Positions 56,463-64,000 of a stretch of 64,000 bases of DNA are shown piece by piece. Each line of letters starts with the position of its first letter. Position 1 is the stretch's first letter. The notes under the pieces are model-generated. The model did no database searches and was not told the origin of the DNA. It saw only the letters and a program-made list of their open reading frames with translations. The translations under genes and the position numbers were made by a program. This DNA is from Epiperipatus broadwayi (Eukaryota; Animalia; Onychophora): assembly GCA_028023455.1 (NCBI GenBank), contig JAQFVV010000007.1, positions 16,926,001 through 16,990,000 on the forward strand. Direction: 5' to 3'.

Positions 56463-59029
56463 TATTATATATATGTAGTAATTGTTCAAAATGTACAACC
56501 CATACAAAAATCACCTTAGGGCAATCAGTGTCTACATTTCGCATTCTGCAACAGTTTCTTTTTTTATAGATTGCTAAGATCAGCTAAAAACAGGAGACTC
56601 TTATCCTCTTCTAATTAAATTATTGATTGCAAAATAATGATAAATTGTCAAAAAATAATGAGACATTACAATTTATTTATGTATATTCTAAAAGTCAATA
56701 CACATAACTGGCTTGAAAATTTAAAAGACAAGTGCATACAATTATTTATTCATAAATTCTATTATTTATTTTACTTATTAGTTTTATAAATTTTATGCAC
56801 AGATTAGTGTTGAATTCAAATATAATATATTCTTATACAATTCTGAAAAGATATCAATCTGCTGCATAAACTCATGATCACAAGCAATTATTATTACAGT
56901 TTTAAGATTAATAAACGCACATTCGAGGATATAATAAATTTATGAACTATTTAAATAAACAGACTACCATAAATGCTTTCAGGATGTAATACAGGTAATT
57001 AAATGCTATATAAGCAAATATGAGAGGCAGCACTGACATTACATTATTTACTGATAGATACATACATGTAAGCTAGGAGCATGTTATACAATAGGAATTT
57101 ACATCTATTGCATATTAAGCGTAAAAGTGATCAGCAGTTACGCAATTGGTATCACCCATGACATGTACAAAGACAAGTCAGATAATATACGCAGGAATCT
57201 CCATCTACTGCATATTATTGCACTAATTAAACAAAACAGCCCAATGTAAAGGTTATATCAGTTCATTTACACCATTACTCCCAATTATTCTTTCTCAAAA
57301 CCGGAGGGTAGTTTGTTTAAAACCGTAATTTATTAAAAGTTAAAAAAAAAAGATAATATTAATTTATTTTATTTATGTAGCCAGAATGAATTCCATTCAG
57401 AATTTGTTATATTACATGTTTAAAATGTTGTTTATACTTGAACGAAGTGGAAATGGCAGGTTTAATTAAAATTAATAAATCATAAGCATGGCCAGGGATT
57501 ATAATAATAAATTTTAATTGCTTTACATAAAATTATCACCAATTAAATTGTGGTGTGATAAAGAGAACAAAACAACAATCTCTTGTCATACCTATTGATA
57601 AACAGATTTAACAAACAATTACTGATTAAAACATATTCATTAGAGAAGAGATAAGTAATAATAATAACAATGCTAGAGATTTATAATATTCTTTTAAAGT
57701 TCATACCTATTTCTTTTAGTTTCATTCTTTAGGTATTAGTATATTTCAATGGACTTTATATATTGATCTATAGCTATGGTGGGAGTTTGTTTTGAACATC
57801 ATTCAAAATTCATGAGGAATCTCTGGTGATAGTTTATTCTTTGCTTGATGGCTTATTTTTTTTTTGGAAGATTTGGACATTTGAAGTGTATGCATATACA
57901 TATTGGATATAAGATTCAAGAGGTTAAACTTCAATTAGTTGACAATTTTCTTTTCTGGCCTTAGTAATGGAGTACAGTTTGCACTCCATTGATTGATCAG
58001 AGTAAAGCAGATGGCAGTTTCTCTATTCCTATATGGTGTTGGAACCAAAATACATGAAGAAACACAGTAGCTGAATAAGACAAGCTGGATTATTTAAAGC
58101 ACACAGCAGAATACACAGCATAATCAGAATAATCAGAAGAAGAATAAATTAGCTTATGATCCCTATATATATAACTTTTTGATCTGCTTATCAGAGAAAA
58201 TAGGATCCATTTGTAATCATTTGAATACTTATATTTATTTGTTGTAGATAATGTCTGACTTCTGTTTTGGTCCACAGTTTGATTTTCCCAATTATACCAT
58301 TTACAAATTTTTTTTTCTTTGAAAGGGATTAATAAAAATAATAGTCTCAATTATATCAGATATTTATTTCCCCCTACTTAATTAATCTGTTTAAAAGCAT
58401 TTTAATTACCTTTTCTAAGTTTTTCATTTCCACTGTAATTATTAATTAGAAAAAAACACATTTTGTTTTAACATATTTTTAAAATAAATATATCGTTAAT
58501 TATACCGTAAACATTTATCTGTGCATATAAATTATATATATATGTAATTAAAATTGTTTAAAAGATTTTATAAATTTCCTCTGCAACTTTTTAAATTACA
58601 GACATGAAGCATATATAAATATTACTTCAATATAAACAAAACACAATTATTTATTTACAGCCATTTTTAATATTTCAACCAGATGATAGTTTTCATCAGA
58701 AAATACAGCCAAATGACTTCTTTCAAAACTTAATCATTAAAACCATTTGCATATCTGAGAACATAATAAATTTCTCCACAAGTCACAGTAAACAGAAAAT
58801 TTTTTATTTATAAATTAAAGACCTTACATCCACATGATATAAATAAAAACATAAGCATTATCAAATCCTTGAATTACTATTTTACCTATTACTATTTCTT
58901 ATTTATTGATTATTATTTAATAAGTTAATCAATAAGATTTTTTCTTATATTTGAGATTTAATATAAATTCTAATAATTTGCTGCACATAATGACCTTTAT
59001 ATACAATTTTTGCATATATATATATATAT

Positions 59030-60791
59030 TGTACCGGGTTTGAATATGTGTCCTTGAAACACCGGTCTCATAGGCAGAGAAGAACATACTTGGAGAGTAT
59101 GTATGCCCAAACGATAGCTATAAAATATATAACTAGTGTTACATTTCCAGGACATAACTTCTTCTCGACTGTTGAGTTCAACACCAGAGTTCAAAGCACT
59201 TTTTTTTTGTTTGTGTATAAACACGGGCACCAGTTAATTATCCAAGAATGAATAAATAACGCGCTTTGAGCAATGGCCACTAACTCAATGCCTAAATATC
59301 CACGACTAGCTCAGATGTTTGTAATCACTAATAGATTATACATAATTAGTGGTTAAAAGAATTGATAAAAGAATTGTAAAAGGAATTTATAAAAAGAATT
59401 GACCGACAAATAAAGTTTAATTTTAAAGACAATTTATTAACTAACATTTACTAATTTTAAACATTTTATAATTCCAATAAAACACACGCATATTTTAAAT
59501 TAACATTTCTAAACTAGTTTAAATATTCCTGTAGATTTTAATAATAGAACACTGGTATTTATCTAATTTAACTAATAACACTGATATAATGATCACGCAC
59601 ATATTAACTCATACACTCACATATATAATAATAAAGTATTACATAGCATTTGAAACTTAAACACACATATCAATAGTTCATTTTATGTATGATATAGAGT
59701 TCATATAATTAGACTCTTGGAGGATTCACATGAATTAATGCAATGCAATGGCTATTACAGTATAAACGAAAATAAGCAAATGTTTTACCTAGGATTTTGA
59801 ATGTAGATTTAGAACTTTGTTTTCTTCTTCCATTATGCATACTTCCAGCCGGCTGGGACATTTCCTTGATGAGTTTCCTTATTATTCACGATCATTACTA
59901 TTGGAGACAATTAGATACTGACGGAGATTTTCTAAGATGTTATGCTGACATTATTTCACGGGCAGATCTTGCTGTTTTCATCGGACATCAGGCTGTGGAG
60001 AGGCGTGAATTTCCCAAAACTGCTCAGCACTGCATTTTGTTTCTGGATACAATTAACTCAACTGATGGTCTTCTCTTGACTTAACTGACTCAATTAATTT
60101 CTGAACTCAACTGATTATCCGATAAAATTTTACTATTTATACCTGCGAAGTGTTTTTCTTTTCGATATCCTCCGGCAATATCTGTTGTCGAAATTTCATT
60201 GATAATCCTTTGACAACGTGTTTTGGAAGATTGTTTAATTAGTAATAGCCATGCAGAAGTGTTGTTTTATATTAATAATTAATTAATAGCCATTCCCGTG
60301 TTTTTTAATGATAATCTTCTTTAACTTTCATTTATTTATAATAACATTTATTACGCATACATTTATTCTATTATTGACAATCGCACATATATACACACAT
60401 ATATTACTAGTTTTAAGATTACTTTTTCTTTAATTCGAATGAAAAGAGATTTGTATTTTTTAAACTTTAAATTATTTATATTTTATGAATACTAATAAGA
60501 AAACTCTTTACTTCCTTTTTATAAAACCTTTAGTTTAACTTTTCTAATGAAACACCCCTCTCCCCTTCTGATTAATTAATTGTAGCTTTTTATTTCAAAA
60601 ACTAATGATGGAAAACTATTTGATTCATATCTTTTTCGAAAACAAACTGTAATAAACTCTTAAACTTTTAATTTTACTTTTGACAGCAAACTGATTTTGT
60701 TTACTTAAAGAAACCTTTTAGATTTTTATAACTTATTTATTATTTAATAATTTTTTAGGCAAAATCATCATGTGCCAATTTCAATATTGGT

Positions 60792-60794
<3 letters not shown>
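59030..60794 (-). mobile_element. ORF-less TGTACC...GGTACA element with ATAT TSD (related to 17842-19915)
   Basis: 6-bp inverted termini, ATAT on both sides within (TA)n; CpG-rich; minus-strand TATAAATA near 60140, TCAGTT near 60112, donor tag|gtaaaa near 59790. Confidence 0.7.
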
Positions 60795-60846
<52 letters not shown>

Positions 60847-61914
60847 AAGAATATATTTTACTAGAATATGTAGACAATTGTCCACTGTTACAGTAATATA
60901 TTTTAATAATATTTATTTTGCTAAGCCAGGCTTTAAATGCAGTATATCTGACATTGTAAGACGATAATGAACTTTAGGGTATACATTAGATATTCATACT
61001 ACATTTCAATATATACACCTTACATCGTTTTTATATATATTAAAATAATTCCAGTGCATAATGCTAAACTCAAATATCAAATCATTCCATGTGGTTAGGA
61101 AATTTAGAACTTTTCTCTGTGAAGTAAATATATCAGAGTCCATATTTCAAAATAGCCAGCGTCAAAGTACTTCCTAAATATTGAAATGTTAAAACTATTT
61201 TGAAATACGGTTTCTAATATATTTATTTCATAAGGTCAGTTTTGAATTTCTTAACCATGTGGGATGATTTGATATTTGAATATATATGTATTGTACACAT
61301 GATTTTTGTAACTAATGAATTTATTATTTATGTAAAATTTGATAAAGAAAATTGTTAATTTTTTTTTGCCTTTTGGTAAAAATAATAACTTAGATATTTA
61401 TTGTGGTATATCAGTGGGTGATTGATAAAAAAAAGATTATTAATCTATAAGAATTTATTAATGTTATCAGATATGCAAATGATTTTTTAATGTTTACATT
61501 TTGGAGGATGTCAATAGACTGTATTTTCTAATGAAAATCAGTCTTCTAGTTGAAATATTAAAAGGGGCTGTGTAGGCAATTAATTGTGTGTTGTTTTATT
61601 TATTTATATATTTTCTTTAGTTAATTTATATATTTTTATTGCTTTTATACATGTATATGTAGGTAGTGCTATATTTTGCAGTAAATATATATAGGCTTTA
61701 GTAACTTGATAATTATACGTTATAAAGCTAAGTTTACTCCAGAGAAAAATAATAATGAAAGGTAAATACATATTTAAAGTTTTAAAATAATAAAAAAGAT
61801 TGCTACTAAGTTTAAAAGTAAATGGAAAATAGATTCGGTAAAAAATAAAGAAATTTTATTTTAGATAATTTTAGTTTAATAAAATTTGAAATACAGGCAT
61901 TCTTAAACCCAATT

Positions 61915-62186
61915 TAATTGTAAATATAGGGGATTTGAACTCAGACTTTCAAGCAACCTTCAACTATTCACACTATCTCATACTACTGTAACACATGACC
62001 ACACACCTGTAGAAAATATAATTTTCAATATCTGTATTTCGTGCTGGACCAGCACTCATCATTTGGTCCAGATTATCATCTTCCATATATATAATCAGGG
62101 CATGTGTGTGTTCGTGTGTATCAGTAGTATGAGATAGTTTGGATAGTTGAAGGTTTCTTAAAAGTCTGAGTTCAAATCCCTTATAT
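61915..62186. mobile_element. Family C inverted pair with minus-strand HHR at 62024-62067
   Basis: Minus accaa-ATGATGA-gtgctg gtc cagcac-GAAA-TACAGATA-ttgaa; perfect 6-bp stem II; B box gagttcaaatccc at the right end. Confidence 0.85.
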
Positions 62187-62339
62187 TTAAGTTTAATAGC
62201 ATCAAAGAAAGATGGTTGGCAGTTAAATTAAACTTAAACAGACGAAGATCGTAGGTTAAAAGCATTCTACAAAAGATTACCAAAAGATAAACCAAATTGT
62301 TAATTACAAGACTGGATAGAACAAATAGTTTTAAGAGAT

Positions 62340-62935
62340 AGAGAAAACTGTGTATTTATATTTTTATATTGGACTATTTCCATCATCTAATATGTGTGTT
62401 GAATGTCTTTAGAAAACTTTAATTTTATTTAAATATTTCAAATGTATGGAAACCACTAATCAACTCTGCTCTTATGAAAAAGTGGAGAAATCAGGAGGAA
62501 CCTCATAGTTAAATATATGAAATTATTACATACTGTTGCCTTTTGCAGGATTGCTCAGTTGGTTAGAGCGTTACCCTAAAATTCAATAATCAATAATCAG
62601 AGGACTCAGGTTCGAATCCCATGCTAGTACTGTCACTGGTCAGGCCAGCAACACCTAAGAAGATGGAAGAAAAATATCTCTCTAAACGTTGTGCATATAC
62701 TAACCTGTTTGTTGTGATATTACTAACAGTTGGTACATATACTAACCTGTTTGCTGTGATATTACTAACAGTTGAATGTATTTGGAATATTTTAAATAAA
62801 ATTAAACTTTTCTAAAGACATTCAACACACATATTATATTATGGAAATAGTCCAATATAAAAATACAACTAGAATACCATCATCACAAATCTTCAAGAAA
62901 ACTGTGTATTGTTTAAAAATCAAACATTAAACTAA
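62340..62935. mobile_element. Family E inverted pair enclosing a tRNA-derived head
   Basis: Arms ~62350-62445 / 62770-62870; A box ttgctcagttgg 62551-62562; B box ggttcgaatccc 62609-62620; gaagatg...ctaaacgttgtg motif at 62655-62693. Confidence 0.8.
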
Positions 62936-63609
62936 TTTTCAAAGCAAACAAACGGATAAAATATTTGAAGCTAATTACTAAGGAATGTGAACGGATATAA
63001 TTAAAAGCTGGATCCTAATCATTGTAAAGATGCATTAGCCAAATAGAAGTACAGTTACATTGGAATATTAGGGATTTATTAATATCAAGCAAGGAAAAGA
63101 TGAGTATAAATAGTGCATTCTAAAAAGAGAAAGTGTCATCAGCTTTTCACCACTTATCATCAGCTGCTGTTGATGTGCTGTGAATGTCATATGAACTTTG
63201 GGAAAAATTGAGAGAAAAATTCCCTGACTTTTTTGCAATGATGGATGTGTTCCAGAGCCCATGCCTCTGAAGGTTAAAAATAGCCTGCTAGGGGGAAATG
63301 TTAATAGACCGCACCGGTCTTTTTATTATTTATATATGCCTGAGAAGGCTCAAATACGATTGTGTTTTAAAATAACCATGAGTATAAACTTTAGTATTCA
63401 TTTAAACTTACCACTAATATAGAGTGGAAGGATTAGTTATTCAGTGGCGATGTGAACAGTGAAAATATAACTTTAAATCGAGGATTGTTTTGTTATATGT
63501 GTAAAGAAAATAAATTTCATCGCTACTCAGTTAAATCTTAATATATGTTAAATCTCAATTTATGTGTATGTATAATATGAAAATTGTTTGTTTCATAGCC
63601 GAATACACA

Positions 63610-63845
<236 letters not shown>

Positions 63846-64000
63846 GTGACTGTTTTAATAGCTCATTGTATAACAAAGGCTTTTTCAATAGTTTCTTCTA
63901 GTGAAAATAAAAAGAGTATTTACCAGGCTGTTTTGACTCACTAACAAATAATTTTTAAATACTATACTTAAATGTTAGCTGGATTACTATGACCAAAAAA

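Noticed and set aside
62546-62625. tRNA gene
   Set aside because: A and B boxes are present but there is no acceptor stem or anticodon arm; it is embedded in a repeat, so called a SINE-like head.

Overview
AT-rich (roughly 25-30% GC by eye) metazoan genomic DNA, probably an invertebrate. CpG is depleted outside a few islands and young insertions. I recognise no intact host protein-coding gene; the supplied ORFs are transposon remnants, microsatellite read-through or chance. The window is dominated by repeats: RTE-type LINE fragments, an I/Jockey-type RT remnant, hAT transposase remnants, a decayed Penelope-like (PLE) GIY-YIG fragment, tRNA-derived SINE-like heads, degenerate tandem arrays and large (GATA/GACA/GGTA)n tracts. 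Main signal: several different short non-coding repeat families are almost always inserted as inverted pairs with both 3' ends pointing outward. At least three of them carry minimal type I hammerhead ribozyme (HHR) motifs with a palindromic stem III. These are family A (13 loci, CTGAYGA-stemII-GAAA-CTAG-TC), family C (joined to tRNA-like A/B boxes) and a young 97-bp-arm fold-back at 51627-51827. Several fold-back points lie at or inside the ribozyme. Also present: two ~2 kb ORF-less TGT...ACA elements and a 40-bp miniature, all with ATAT target duplications, and a CpG-island TCT/TOP-like promoter with spliced, apparently non-coding exons at about 15-16.8 kb.
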